Positions 1-9,523 are shown, counted from the first letter of the stretch. The stretch: DNA of 64,000 nt from Gemmatimonadales bacterium (GCA_036493755.1 DASXPG010000028.1:138-64137); one strand, 5' to 3'. The notes: generated by a model from the sequence alone, not told the origin. Translations and numbers: made by a program.

Positions 1-1
1 G

Positions 2-1261
2 GTCGTCGCGGAGCTGAAGAAGATGTCGGTGCCGAGCAAGGGCAAGAAGGCGATCGCCCAGGTCGGCTCGATTTCGGCGAACAACGACAAGGAGATCGGC
101 GACCTGATCGCCGAGGCGATGGAAAAGGTCGGCAACGACGGCGTGATCACGGTCGAGGAGGCCAAGGGCCTGGCGACCGAGTTGGAGACCGTGGACGGCA
201 TGCAGTTCGACCGCGGCTATCTCTCGCCCTACTTCGTCACCGATCCCGACAAGATGGAAGGCATCCTCGAGGACGCCCTGATCCTGATCCACGACAAGAA
301 GATCAGCGCGATGAAGGACCTGCTCCCGGTCCTCGAGAAGGTCGCCCAGTCGGGCAAGCCTCTCCTCATCATCGCCGAAGACGTCGAGGGTGAGGCGCTG
401 GCCACGCTGGTCGTCAACAAGCTGCGTGGCACGCTGAAGGTCTGCGCAGTGAAGGCGCCCGGCTTCGGCGACCGCCGCAAGGAAATGCTGCGCGACATCT
501 CGGTGCTGACCGGCGGCAACGTCATCAGCGAGGAAGTCGGCTTCAAGCTCGAGAACGCGGTCCTCGCCGATCTCGGCAAGGCCAAGCGTGTGGTGGTGGA
601 CAAGGACAACACGACGATCGTCGACGGAGCCGGCAAGCGGCAGGCGATCGAAGGCCGCATCGGCGAAATCCGCTCGGCCATCGACAAGTCCACCTCGGAC
701 TACGACAAGGAGAAGCTGCAGGAGCGTCTGGCGAAGCTCGCCGGCGGCGTGGCGATCATCAACGTCGGTGCCGCGACCGAGACCGAGATGAAGGAAAAGA
801 AGGCCCGTGTCGAGGACGCGCTGCACGCGACCCGCGCGGCCGTTGAAGAGGGCATCGTCCCCGGCGGCGGCGTCGCGCTGCTCCGGGCCCAGGCGGTGCT
901 CGGCAAGTTCAAGGGCGACAGCGACGAGAAGATCGGCGTCGACATCGTCCGCCGCGCGCTCGAAGAGCCGATCCGCATCATCACGTTCAATGCGGGTGCC
1001 GAAGGCTCGATCATCATCGAGAAGGTGCGCGAGTCGAAGGAAAAGAACTTCGGCTACAACGCGCTGACCGGGGAGTTCGAAGACCTGGTTGCCGCGGGCG
1101 TCATCGACCCGACCAAGGTGACCCGCACCGCGCTGCAGAACGCGGCGTCGATCGCGGGCCTCCTGCTGACGACCGAGTGCGTCGTGGTCGAGCGGAAGGA
1201 AGAGAAGTCCTCCGCTCCGGCTGGTGGTGGCCCGGGCGCCGGCATGGGCGGGATGTACTAG
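2..1261 (+). CDS. groEL: Chaperonin GroEL, 5'-truncated by the window edge
   Basis: The frame is open from nt 2. The translation is unmistakable GroEL ([35 protein letters not shown]) and ends in the Gly/Met tail [11 protein letters not shown]. Stop TAG at 1259-1261. Confidence 0.97.
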   Translation, partial: VVAELKKMSVPSKGKKAIAQVGSISANNDKEIGDLIAEAMEKVGNDGVITVEEAKGLATELETVDGMQFDRGYLSPYFVTDPDKMEGILEDALILIHDKKISAMKDLLPVLEKVAQSGKPLLIIAEDVEGEALATLVVNKLRGTLKVCAVKAPGFGDRRKEMLRDISVLTGGNVISEEVGFKLENAVLADLGKAKRVVVDKDNTTIVDGAGKRQAIEGRIGEIRSAIDKSTSDYDKEKLQERLAKLAGGVAIINVGAATETEMKEKKARVEDALHATRAAVEEGIVPGGGVALLRAQAVLGKFKGDSDEKIGVDIVRRALEEPIRIITFNAGAEGSIIIEKVRESKEKNFGYNALTGEFEDLVAAGVIDPTKVTRTALQNAASIAGLLLTTECVVVERKEEKSSAPAGGGPGAGMGGMY

Positions 1262-1272
1262 GAGCGTTGGCC

Positions 1273-1307
1273 GTTAACTGTTGACCGTTAACGGTTGACG
1301 GTGACCG
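1273..1307. repeat. GTTGACS-type heptad repeat element (5 tandem 7-bp units)
   Basis: Reads gttaact|gttgacc|gttaacg|gttgacg|gtgaccg directly after the groEL stop. The same heptad architecture recurs at 33713, 37679 (reverse orientation) and 63068. Confidence 0.7.
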
Positions 1308-1319
1308 TAGAATGCAGGC

Positions 1320-1350
1320 GGCCCCGGAGAGTTCCGGGGCCGTTCTGCTT
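1320..1350 (+). terminator. Putative intrinsic terminator downstream of groEL
   Basis: A perfect 9-bp stem, GGCCCCGGA (1320-1328) / TCCGGGGCC (1333-1341), with a 4-nt loop gagt. It is followed by a moderately T-rich tail, gttctgctt. Confidence 0.55.
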
Positions 1351-1406
1351 GTGGGACACCACGGGCGCGCCTATCCTCTATTGAGTACTTCCATCCGGAG
1401 GTATGC

Positions 1407-2075
1407 ATGCGCGCCGCCTGCCTGACGATTCTCGTTTCCTCTCTGGTCGCCGCCGCGCCCGCATCGGCGCAGTCGTTCGGAGACACCACCCGCTTCGGCG
1501 CTCACATCATGCATCTGCGGGAGCAGGGGAGAACTCTCCGGCTCGAGCTGAGCAGCCCGGCCTACGGCGCGCTCTTTCGTCTCGTGGACGGCGAGCCGGC
1601 GCGCCTCGTGGATACGCGCGACTACGCGGCGGGAACGGCGATCTTGCGCGTGCCGATGGTGCTGCTCGAGGGCCAGACCGAACATCGGTACACACCTGGC
1701 GGAATCACCCGGACCGGAGCGGACGCGGGCTCGGAAGGCACCCGCGATGCCCGGGCCGCGGCGACCTGCATGAAGACGAGCGAGGTTCCCGCCACCACCG
1801 ACGCCAGACCCGGTCAGTCGCAGACACCCGCTCCGGTCTGTGCCACGTCCGGTCCGGCGATGCACTCGCACTCGACCACGGTGCAGTCCACACCCGAGTA
1901 CCAGCGCGATCGCTTGCTCCTGGTGCTCTCGGATCATCCGATCGACGGCGCCGCGCTCGCCCATCGGCTCGGCCAGGCTCCGTTCGCATCGGCCAATGCC
2001 GCGATGCGCGAGCTGCCCGCGCTGGTGAGCGGCGACTCCTCGACGGCCTGGGCCGCCTACCTGGTGCGCCGCTGA
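1407..2075 (+). CDS. Hypothetical secreted protein
   Basis: Of three overlapping ORFs, only this frame starts with a plausible signal peptide (MRAACLTILVSSLVAAAPASAQS). I recognise no conserved domain. Confidence 0.5.
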   Translation: MRAACLTILVSSLVAAAPASAQSFGDTTRFGAHIMHLREQGRTLRLELSSPAYGALFRLVDGEPARLVDTRDYAAGTAILRVPMVLLEGQTEHRYTPGGITRTGADAGSEGTRDARAAATCMKTSEVPATTDARPGQSQTPAPVCATSGPAMHSHSTTVQSTPEYQRDRLLLVLSDHPIDGAALAHRLGQAPFASANAAMRELPALVSGDSSTAWAAYLVRR

Positions 2076-2154
2076 GCACGAAGTACGCCCCGGAGTGACC
2101 CGCGTCACGCCTTTCCCGCTGGCGGGCCCCGGCGCGGCTTCTATCTTTTAGCCA

Positions 2155-4419
2155 GTGACCGAACCATCGGCTTCTCCCGGTCCCGCCCCTTCCGCACCTC
2201 CCGGGGCGGCTGGCGGTGCGCGCGCGAGTGAGAAGCGTGCGACACTGCCGCGTGAGCTGGCCGATTTCCTGATCGAATTCTCGATCGCGCTCCACAAGCA
2301 CGCGATGTACCCCGGCGGTCACCCGACGCTGGGCCCGGCGGCCGAGGGGGTGGCGCGGCGCCTCGACAGCCTGCTGCTCGAGCGCGGGACGCTGTCCCTG
2401 GGCGTCGCCCGCGAGCAGCTGATCATCGAAGGTGTCGCCACCGATCCGCGCAACCCGGTGCTGAAGGACCTCGCGGACCGGCTCCATCGCCACCACCTCG
2501 GCGCGATTTCCTTCCATCGCGGCGTGTCGCCGTTCGAGCTCGAGGAGGCGCTGAAGGTCGTCGCCACCGATGCCGACCGCGGCGCCGACCCGATCGGCCT
2601 GCGCCAGTCGGGCAACATTCCCAGCTGGAAACACCTCCAGCTCTTCCCGCTGACCTTCGACCGGCTGGAGCTGGTCGGCGGGCCGGATGAGGATGACGGT
2701 GGCGGTTCCACGGTCACCGGTGGGCGCGGCGCGCAGCTGTGGGTCGGGTTGGCGCGCGCGGCGCTCGCCTCCGAAGACGTGGGCAGCGGCACCGCGAGGA
2801 AGCCCAGGGCGCAGGTCAAGCCGCCCGAGCCCCACGCCTTCCGCGCCAACCTGGGGCCCGCGGAGCCGATGAGCGACGCCGAAATCGCGGAGACGTTAGG
2901 CGCCGCCGCCGGGCCCGATGAAGTCGAAGCCGGCGCCGCCGAGCCCGCGGCGGTGGCGCGGGCGATCGAACAGCACGAGCGCGGCACGGCCTACGACCAG
3001 GTGATCGTGGGCTACCTGCTCCAGAGCGCCGAGCTGCTCAAGCAGGGCGGCCAGGGCTCGCTCGCCCTCAAGAAGAAGATGAGCAAGCTGATTTCGTCGC
3101 TCGACGACAACACCCGGTCGCGGCTGCTGGAAATGTCCGGCGACAAGCGCCAGCGCAACCGTTTCATTCTCGACGCCTCGCAGGGAATGTCGATGGACGC
3201 CGTGGTGGACCTGGTCAACGCCGCGGCGTCGGGAAACGGTTCGCCCATCTCTTCGTCCATGCTGCGCATGCTGCAGAAGCTCAGCCTGCACGCCGAGCGC
3301 GGCTCGGCGCCCCGGCGCACCATGGCCGAATCGGCGATCCGCGAGCAGATCTCCGAGCTGGTGCAAGGCTGGGAGCTGGCCGACCCGAACCCCGACGGCT
3401 ATTCGGCGGCGCTCCAGAAGATGTCGATGTCGGCGCCGACGCTGGTGGTCGCCGAAGAAGCGGCGTTCGCTCCCGAGGCCGAGCGGATGGTGAAGATGTC
3501 GATCGAGACCGGCGGCGTGGGCGACCCGCTGGAGCGCGCCATTGGTGACATCGTGGCGTCGGGGAAGATTCTGAACCTGGTGGCGATGCTCGATGGCGCG
3601 CCGAGGCAGAATGACGCGACGAAGCGCATTCGCGACCGTGTCGAGGATCCCTCGATGATGCGCGCCGCCCTGGCGGCGCAGCCGGTGGACTTCGACCTGG
3701 TGGACCAGCTGATCTCGGCCAACCGCGACCGTGCCACCGGGCCGATGCTCGATGTGCTGACCGAATCGGAGTCGCGAACCCTGCGCCGCGCCCTGATCGA
3801 TCGCCTCATCCGCATGCCCGATCTGGTGCGTCCGCACCTCGCGTCCCGGGTGAACGACGAGCGCTGGTACGTCACCCGCAACATTCTCTTCATCGCCGCC
3901 GAGCTGCCGGGGACGCCGCTCGCCGTCGACGCCACCCCTTTCCGCCAGCACCCCGACTGGCGGGTCCGCCGCGAGGCGCTGCGGGTCCTCTTCCGCCACG
4001 CCGAGGAGCGAACCCGGGCCATCTGCACCGCGCTCTCCGACGAAGACCCGCGGCTCAAGCAGCTCGCCCTCAATGCCGTGGTCGAGGGCGGTTGCCCCGA
4101 GCCGGCGGTGCCGATCCTGGTGTCGATCGCCTCCGACGAAGAGAACGACAGCGAGCTGCGCGTCGGCGCCATCAAGGCCCTGGGCACCAAGGGCGGAACG
4201 TTGCCCCTCGAAGCGCTGCTCAAGCTGACCGAGATCAAGCGGCGGAGCATCATCGACGTCGTCTCCGGCAGCAGCGCCAGCGCCGAATTTCTCGCCGCCA
4301 TCACCGCGTTAGGCGCCTTGCGCGCCGAGACGCGGGCCCGCGAGCGGCTCGACCTCATTGCCAGAGGCCGGGATCCCGGTGCGGCCAGGGCCGCCGCCGA
4401 CGCCTTGAGGGGTGCATGA
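2155..4419 (+). CDS. Large regulatory-type protein with an N-terminal YPxGHP module (shared with the downstream HD-GYP protein) and C-terminal HEAT-like repeats
   Basis: 754-aa ORF with a GTG start. The N-terminus (FLIEFSIALHKHAMYPGGHPTLG...) aligns by eye with the N-terminus of the next gene. The C-terminus has HEAT-like helices (DPRLKQLALNAVVEGGCPEPAVPILVSIASDEENDSELRVGAIKALG). The stop overlaps the next start (ATGA at 4416-4419). Confidence 0.65.
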   Translation: MTEPSASPGPAPSAPPGAAGGARASEKRATLPRELADFLIEFSIALHKHAMYPGGHPTLGPAAEGVARRLDSLLLERGTLSLGVAREQLIIEGVATDPRNPVLKDLADRLHRHHLGAISFHRGVSPFELEEALKVVATDADRGADPIGLRQSGNIPSWKHLQLFPLTFDRLELVGGPDEDDGGGSTVTGGRGAQLWVGLARAALASEDVGSGTARKPRAQVKPPEPHAFRANLGPAEPMSDAEIAETLGAAAGPDEVEAGAAEPAAVARAIEQHERGTAYDQVIVGYLLQSAELLKQGGQGSLALKKKMSKLISSLDDNTRSRLLEMSGDKRQRNRFILDASQGMSMDAVVDLVNAAASGNGSPISSSMLRMLQKLSLHAERGSAPRRTMAESAIREQISELVQGWELADPNPDGYSAALQKMSMSAPTLVVAEEAAFAPEAERMVKMSIETGGVGDPLERAIGDIVASGKILNLVAMLDGAPRQNDATKRIRDRVEDPSMMRAALAAQPVDFDLVDQLISANRDRATGPMLDVLTESESRTLRRALIDRLIRMPDLVRPHLASRVNDERWYVTRNILFIAAELPGTPLAVDATPFRQHPDWRVRREALRVLFRHAEERTRAICTALSDEDPRLKQLALNAVVEGGCPEPAVPILVSIASDEENDSELRVGAIKALGTKGGTLPLEALLKLTEIKRRSIIDVVSGSSASAEFLAAITALGALRAETRARERLDLIARGRDPGAARAAADALRGA

Positions 4420-5678
4420 CCGGCACCGAGCTGGCTCCCCTCGCGGTTCGATTCCTCAACGCCTTCGCCCGCGCCCTCTCGACCATGACGCTCTATCCCG
4501 AGGGCCATCCGGAGCGGGAAGGGATCATCGATACCGCGCACGAAGCGCTGCGCGCCGTCCAGGCCATGGATCGGCGGGCCTCCTTCTCCTTCCTCGGCGA
4601 CGAGGTCATTCTCGGCCAGCGCCCCATCCGAGAATTGCGCGGCTGGGACTGGAGCCAGCGGCTGGCGTCGGCGGGGATTCAGCGGCTCGAGTTCGAGACC
4701 GAGGTGACGCGCGAGGAATTCGAAAGCTTCATGAGCGAGGCGCTCGCGCGTCTGACCCTGTCGGCGCTCCAGCAGCAGGCGCCCGCCAGCAGCGCCGGCA
4801 TCTCGGGTCCCATCAAGTTCGGCTCGGTCGGCATCCGCGAGCAGTACAGCGACGAAGAGATCGCCACCGCGAGCATCGATCTGTCGCTCGACGAGGAAGC
4901 GGAGACGGTGCGCTGGCTCCACGACGAGGCCCAGCGGGACAATGGCCTGCAGCTGGCCGAGGTCAGCGCCGTGGTCAGCTCGCTGGCGTCCGCGATGCAC
5001 GGCGACCAGGCCATCGTGCTGCCGCTGCTCCAGATTCGCCGCTACGACCAGTACACCACCACGCACTCGCTGAACGTCTGCGTCCTGGCGATGGGTCTCG
5101 CCGAATGGATGGGCCTGGGCGCGCGCGACGTGCGCGCCTTCGGCACCTCGGGGCTGCTCCACGACATCGGCAAGATCCGGATTCCCAGCGAAATCCTGAA
5201 CAAGGCGGGCCGCCTAGAGCCTAACGAGCGCCAGATCATGAACGCCCACCCAGTCGAGGGGGCGAAGATCATCATCAGCTCGGCGGAGAAGCTCGACCTG
5301 GCGGCGGTGGTGGCCTACGAGCACCACATCATGCTCAACGGCGGCGGTTATCCGACCTTCGATTATCCCCGCGATTGCCACCAGGCCAGCAAGCTGGTAC
5401 ACGTCTGCGATGTGTACGACGCGTTGCGCACCAACCGTCCCTACCGCGCCGCCTGGCATTCATCGAAGGTGCTGGCCTATCTCGAAGAGCGGTCGGGAAC
5501 CGAGTTCGATCCCGACGCCACCCGCGCCTTCGTCAAGATGATGGGGGAATGGGAACCAAAGGTGGCGTCACTGGCGGGCGAAGAAAGTGCACCCGATTCT
5601 ATCCTTGTCTCTCCTGTCTCTCCTGTCTCTCCCGTCTCTCCTGCCTCTCCTGTTTCTCCCGTCTCACCTCAGGGGTAG
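4416..5678 (+). CDS. HD-GYP domain protein (putative cyclic-di-GMP phosphodiesterase) with a (V/A)SP repeat tail
   Basis: HD motif: HSLNVCVLAMGLA...GLLHDIGKIRIP. HHxxxxGxGYP motif: AYEHHIMLNGGGYP. Also VCDVYDALRTNRPYR. I chose the ATG at 4416 (ATGA overlap) rather than the TTG at 4092 given in the ORF track. Confidence 0.85.
   Translation: MTGTELAPLAVRFLNAFARALSTMTLYPEGHPEREGIIDTAHEALRAVQAMDRRASFSFLGDEVILGQRPIRELRGWDWSQRLASAGIQRLEFETEVTREEFESFMSEALARLTLSALQQQAPASSAGISGPIKFGSVGIREQYSDEEIATASIDLSLDEEAETVRWLHDEAQRDNGLQLAEVSAVVSSLASAMHGDQAIVLPLLQIRRYDQYTTTHSLNVCVLAMGLAEWMGLGARDVRAFGTSGLLHDIGKIRIPSEILNKAGRLEPNERQIMNAHPVEGAKIIISSAEKLDLAAVVAYEHHIMLNGGGYPTFDYPRDCHQASKLVHVCDVYDALRTNRPYRAAWHSSKVLAYLEERSGTEFDPDATRAFVKMMGEWEPKVASLAGEESAPDSILVSPVSPVSPVSPASPVSPVSPQG
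5607..5669 (+). repeat. 7 x 9-bp tandem repeat (GTCTCTCCT) inside the 3' end of the HD-GYP gene
   Basis: Reads gtctctcct gtctctcct gtctctccc gtctctcct gcctctcct gtttctccc gtctcacct and encodes VSPVSPVSPVSPASPVSPVSP. Confidence 0.9.
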
Positions 5679-6473
5679 AACGAGCTGCTGGAGCGAGGCG
5701 CCGACATCGAATGAGTCGGTCGGCTGATCCTGCGTAGCGACGACGACGATTCCCGAGAAGGCGGTGCCGCGAAGCGCCGCCTTCGTGGTTTCCAGCGCCA
5801 GCGTCGGCATGTTGCAATGCTCGGAGAGATGCGCGAGCACCACCACGGCGAGCCCGGGATGGGCCACATCACTGATGAGGCGCGCCGCTTCGTTATTGCT
5901 CAAGTGTCCGGCGCGGCCGGCGATGCGCGCCCGCACGCTCGGCGGATAATCGCTGGAGCGCAGCAGCACCTCGTCATGGTTCGATTCGATGATCAGCGCG
6001 TCGAGGCCGCGGAAGGCGTGGCGCAGCGCGGCGGTCGGCGAGCCGACGTCGTAGGCGACGCCCAGCCGGCGGCCGTCGGGATCTTCGACGATGAGCATCA
6101 CCGGCTCGCGCGCATCGTGCGCCGTGGGGAACGCGGTCAGCCGCCACGAACCCATCAGCATCGGCCGCGCCGGAAACAGCGGCATCCGTGTCGTGGATTC
6201 GTGCAGGTGAACGCCGACCGCGGCGAGCGTCCCGGCGCTGGCCGCCACGGGGATTCCCCAGGTGCGCGAGGCCCGCGCCACGCCGCGGCAGTGATCGCCG
6301 TGCTCGTGGGTCAGCGCGATTCCCTGGATCCTGTCTGTGGCGCACCCGGCCCGCTCCAGCCGGCCGGCCAGCTCCTTCAGATGAAAGCCGGCGTCGATGA
6401 GCAGCGCGGCATTGCCCGACTCGACCAGCACCGCGTTGCCGCGGCTTCCCGACCCGAGCACCGTCAGGCGCAT
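5664..6473 (-). CDS. MBL-fold metallo-hydrolase
   Basis: MRLTVLGSGSRGNAVLVESG start and an HxHxDH motif (LTHEHGDHCRG). I chose the ATG at 6473 (residue 50 of the listed ORF). The gene overlaps the upstream gene end by 10 nt. Its 3' end overlaps the convergent HD-GYP gene by 15 nt. Confidence 0.85.
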   Translation of the reverse strand: MRLTVLGSGSRGNAVLVESGNAALLIDAGFHLKELAGRLERAGCATDRIQGIALTHEHGDHCRGVARASRTWGIPVAASAGTLAAVGVHLHESTTRMPLFPARPMLMGSWRLTAFPTAHDAREPVMLIVEDPDGRRLGVAYDVGSPTAALRHAFRGLDALIIESNHDEVLLRSSDYPPSVRARIAGRAGHLSNNEAARLISDVAHPGLAVVVLAHLSEHCNMPTLALETTKAALRGTAFSGIVVVATQDQPTDSFDVGASLQQLVLPLR

Positions 6474-7672
6474 GGCTTCCCCGTGCAGTGAGCCCAGATC
6501 GAGGCGAGATAGCGCTTCATGCGGTCGTCGAATTCCACGTTGCGCCGCGACAGCACCTTGGCGGCGGTCTGGGCGAAGATCTGGCAATCGACCACCTTGC
6601 CGGCTTCGTCGGTTCCCCACGCAAACGGTTTGACCGCGCTCTCGGGGCGCTTGCTCCCGAAGATATTCGCCCCGGTTCCGATCACGCAGCCCGTCGGCAG
6701 CATCGTGCCGATCGCCGTCTTCACGTGATCGCCGACCAGCGCGCCGAGAAACTGCATCCCGGTGTCGATGCGCTGGCCGCCGAGCTGGAGGCGGACGCTG
6801 CCGTAGGTGTTCTTGAGGTTCGAGTTGATCGTGCCGGCACCGAGATTCGCCCAGCGTCCGACGATCGTGTGCCCCAGGAATCCGTCGTGCGCCTTGTTGG
6901 AGTAGCCGAGAAAGATCGAGTTCGACACCTCACCGTGGACCACGCACCTCGGCCCGATGCTCGCTTCCCGCAGCTGTCCCCCGACGATCCTCGTCCCGCG
7001 GCCGATGACCAGCGGTCCCGCGAGCCTCACGAAGGTCCGGATCTCGGCGCCTTCCTGGATCCAGATCGGTCCGTTGCGGGTGTCGAAGACCACCATCGGC
7101 TCGACCAGCGCGCCGTCGGCGACGAGCAGGCTCTCGGGCGGGCCAAGGACGGTGCAGCCGGCGGGAATCCGTCCGCCCTCGTGATCGTCGAGCACGGCGT
7201 TGACGTCGGCGCGGAGGGTCTCGAGGAGATCGGCGACGATTTCCCACACCCCGGTGAGCCGCTTGCCGGGCAGAACCAGCGCCGGCCAGCTCGCGGGAAT
7301 GTTTTTCGGTCCCTTCCAGTCGGCACCGGAGCGGACCTGGGCGCCGATGACCTCGCCGGCGCTGTCGGTGAGCCTGACGCCCGGCGCATCGGCGAGACTC
7401 GTGAGATCCGGCCGCTCCTGGCCGGGCACGAATGTCGAGCGCAGGATGAGAGAGCTGCGCGCCTCGGGCGCCGAGACGACGGGCGGCGCACCAGGATCCG
7501 AGAAATCGGCCAGGTGCGGCGCCGCGAGATGCCCGGCGACGGCGCCGCAGACCTGCTCGACCCGCTCACGCAGCAGCCATGCGCCATGGCGCAGCTCGCC
7601 GATGGGACGCGACTCGGTGAAAGGCAGAAAGCGCGGGACGTCGGCGGGGTCGTCGTAGAGATAGACCGGCAT
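6464..7672 (-). CDS. Putative sugar nucleotidyltransferase with a left-handed beta-helix (hexapeptide-repeat) C-terminal domain
   Basis: The N-terminus MPVYLYDD...FLPFTESRPIGELRHG is typical of the 'putative sugar nucleotidyl transferase' family. The C-terminal half has hexapeptide repeats (IGPRCVVHGEVSNSIFLGYSNKAHDGFLGHTIVGRWANLGAGTINSN). Confidence 0.7.
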   Translation of the reverse strand: MPVYLYDDPADVPRFLPFTESRPIGELRHGAWLLRERVEQVCGAVAGHLAAPHLADFSDPGAPPVVSAPEARSSLILRSTFVPGQERPDLTSLADAPGVRLTDSAGEVIGAQVRSGADWKGPKNIPASWPALVLPGKRLTGVWEIVADLLETLRADVNAVLDDHEGGRIPAGCTVLGPPESLLVADGALVEPMVVFDTRNGPIWIQEGAEIRTFVRLAGPLVIGRGTRIVGGQLREASIGPRCVVHGEVSNSIFLGYSNKAHDGFLGHTIVGRWANLGAGTINSNLKNTYGSVRLQLGGQRIDTGMQFLGALVGDHVKTAIGTMLPTGCVIGTGANIFGSKRPESAVKPFAWGTDEAGKVVDCQIFAQTAAKVLSRRNVEFDDRMKRYLASIWAHCTGKPCA

Positions 7673-8706
7673 CAGGCTCCGCGCTCTCCGGCGAGATCCC
7701 GCGGCAGCTTGTCGAGAAGCTTCTTGAGATCGGGGGCCTTCGCCGCCGTCGTCACCAGGGTGACGCCGTGCGCGCGCACCACCACCGCGCCTTCGATGCC
7801 GAACACGACCGTCGGGCCATCCTCACTCCAGACCACGCAGTCCTTCGCATCGACCAGGTGCGCCATCCCCACGGCGATGTTGCCCGCGGCATCGGCGTTA
7901 CGCACGCGGCGGAGCGCGGCCCACGAGCCGACGTCGTCCCAGAGGAAGCTTCCTTCGATCACGGCGCCGCGGCTGGTCCGTTCGAAAAGCCCGACGTCGA
8001 TGCTGACCGGCTTCAGCGCCTTGAAGGCCGCCGCGGCGTCGCCCTTCTCGAAGAGCGGGAGGGCCGGCGCCAGCTCCGGCGTGTGCGCCACCAGCTCGGC
8101 CTTGAGCCGCGCCGCGGTCCAGGCGAAGAGGCCGGTGTTCCAGAGCGCTCCCTCGGTGATCAGCCTGCGCGCGGCGTCCTCCGTCGGTTTCTCGACGAAG
8201 CGGGCGATGCGCTTGCCGGTGCCTAACGGCTTGCCGGGGACGATGTAGCCGTAGCCGGTCTCGGGACGCACCGGCGTGGCGCCGACGGTCACCAGCACAT
8301 CCTCGCTCTCGGCCAGCTCGATCGCGCGGGTCGCGGCGGCACGGAATCGCTCGGCATCGCCGACCGCCCAGTCGGCGTGCATCGACAGCACCGACGCGGC
8401 GCTGTCGGCCTGCGCGGCGTGCGCCGTGGCCCAGGCAAGCGCCGGCGCGGTGGACGCGGCCCGCGGCTCGGCCAGCACATTTTCGGGCGGCAGCATCGGC
8501 AGCGCGTTACGGGTCGTCGCCTGGAGCGTCTTCGACGTGACGATCAGCACCCGTTGCGCGGGAATGAGCGGCAGAATGCGGCGCACCGCGTCGAGCAGGA
8601 GCGATTCGGAGCCGGCGAGATTGAGGAACTGCTTGGGTGCGGTCGCGCTCGAAAGAGGCCAGAAGCGGGAGCCGACGCCGCCGGCCAGGACGACGGCCCA
8701 GCGCAT
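7672..8706 (-). CDS. Mannose-1-phosphate guanylyltransferase-type nucleotidyltransferase
   Basis: The N-terminus AVVLAGGVGSRFWPLSSATAPKQFLNL carries the GGxGxRxWPLS signature of ManC/CpsB-type enzymes. There is a 1-nt TGATG overlap with the downstream gene. Confidence 0.85.
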   Translation of the reverse strand: MRWAVVLAGGVGSRFWPLSSATAPKQFLNLAGSESLLLDAVRRILPLIPAQRVLIVTSKTLQATTRNALPMLPPENVLAEPRAASTAPALAWATAHAAQADSAASVLSMHADWAVGDAERFRAAATRAIELAESEDVLVTVGATPVRPETGYGYIVPGKPLGTGKRIARFVEKPTEDAARRLITEGALWNTGLFAWTAARLKAELVAHTPELAPALPLFEKGDAAAAFKALKPVSIDVGLFERTSRGAVIEGSFLWDDVGSWAALRRVRNADAAGNIAVGMAHLVDAKDCVVWSEDGPTVVFGIEGAVVVRAHGVTLVTTAAKAPDLKKLLDKLPRDLAGERGA

Positions 8707-8707
8707 C

Positions 8708-9118
8708 TCAGCCCTCTCCGCCGATTTCGGCGTCGGGATCGTCGCCCAGCAGTCCGGCGATCTGGCGGTAAAGCTTCTTGGGCGAGAACGGCTTGGTGAT
8801 GATCGCCGCGGCGCCCTTCTCGCGCGCTTCTTCGACCTGGCCGATCTGGCCGGCCGCGGTGAGCACGACCATCGGAATCTTCGCCAGCCGCGCGTCCTTG
8901 CGGGCCTGAACGAGAAACTCGACGCCGGTCATGCCGGGCATGTTGAGATCCACGAGGACGCAGTCGATGTCGGTGTGCTGGCCGAGCGCGACGAGCCCCG
9001 CGGCGCCGTCGGGCGCCAGCGAGACCTTGTAGGGCCCGCGCTCGAATTGCATCCGCACGATTCGGCCGATGTGGGGTTCGTCATCGACGACGAGCAAATG
9101 GTGGGACGGTCCAGCCAC
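8708..9118 (-). CDS. Single-domain response regulator (CheY-like receiver)
   Basis: LLVVDDEPHIGRIV..., the phospho-acceptor context CVLVDLNMPGMTG, VVLTAAG and KPFSPKKL. GTG start at 9118, directly abutting the upstream stop. Confidence 0.85.
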   Translation of the reverse strand: MAGPSHHLLVVDDEPHIGRIVRMQFERGPYKVSLAPDGAAGLVALGQHTDIDCVLVDLNMPGMTGVEFLVQARKDARLAKIPMVVLTAAGQIGQVEEAREKGAAAIITKPFSPKKLYRQIAGLLGDDPDAEIGGEG

Positions 9119-9523
9119 CTAGAGCAGTCCGGCGATCTCCGCGCGGTGGCGGCTCAGATCGTAGAGCAGGGGACCGGCGTTGGTGCGCGGCCGCAGCATC
9201 ACCAGCAGCTTGGCGTCGCTGGACAGATTGGTGAGGATCGCGAGCCCCGAGGCGAATTCGATCACCCCGGTGGTCATCGCGCCGCGCCCCGCATGGTGAC
9301 CGAGCTGCTCGGTGGCCTGAACCACGTTCGGCACGAGCGCCGACAGTACCTCGGCATCCACGCCGTTGGCGGAGTGGCTGGCGATCGGCAGACCATCGTT
9401 GCCGAGGAGAATCACCGCCTCGACGCCCTCGCGGCGACCCAGGGCGTCAACGACGTCACGAATGCTGGCCATGATCCCCATCGTAGGAGGCCCCGGGGGC
9501 TCTGTCAAGCATTGTGACGACAT
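9119..9523 (-). CDS. Roadblock/LC7 (MglB-like) domain protein
   Basis: About 120-aa core (VEAVILLGNDGLPIASHS...GAMTTGVIEFASGLAILTNLSSDAKLLVMLRPRTNAGPLLYDL) typical of the roadblock/LC7 fold. The start is uncertain; internal ATGs are available. Confidence 0.75.
   Translation of the reverse strand: MSSQCLTEPPGPPTMGIMASIRDVVDALGRREGVEAVILLGNDGLPIASHSANGVDAEVLSALVPNVVQATEQLGHHAGRGAMTTGVIEFASGLAILTNLSSDAKLLVMLRPRTNAGPLLYDLSRHRAEIAGLL

Noticed and set aside
2094-2107. Palindrome GTGACCCGCGTCAC upstream of the 754-aa gene as an operator or terminator
   Set aside because: It has a short 5-bp stem, occurs only once and is followed by no T-tract. I noted it, but the support is insufficient.
2896-5162. 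Minus-strand ORFs 2896..3999 and 3399..5162
   Set aside because: They are antisense to the 754-aa protein and the HD-GYP gene. They have no motifs and a biased Arg/Ala/Gly composition.
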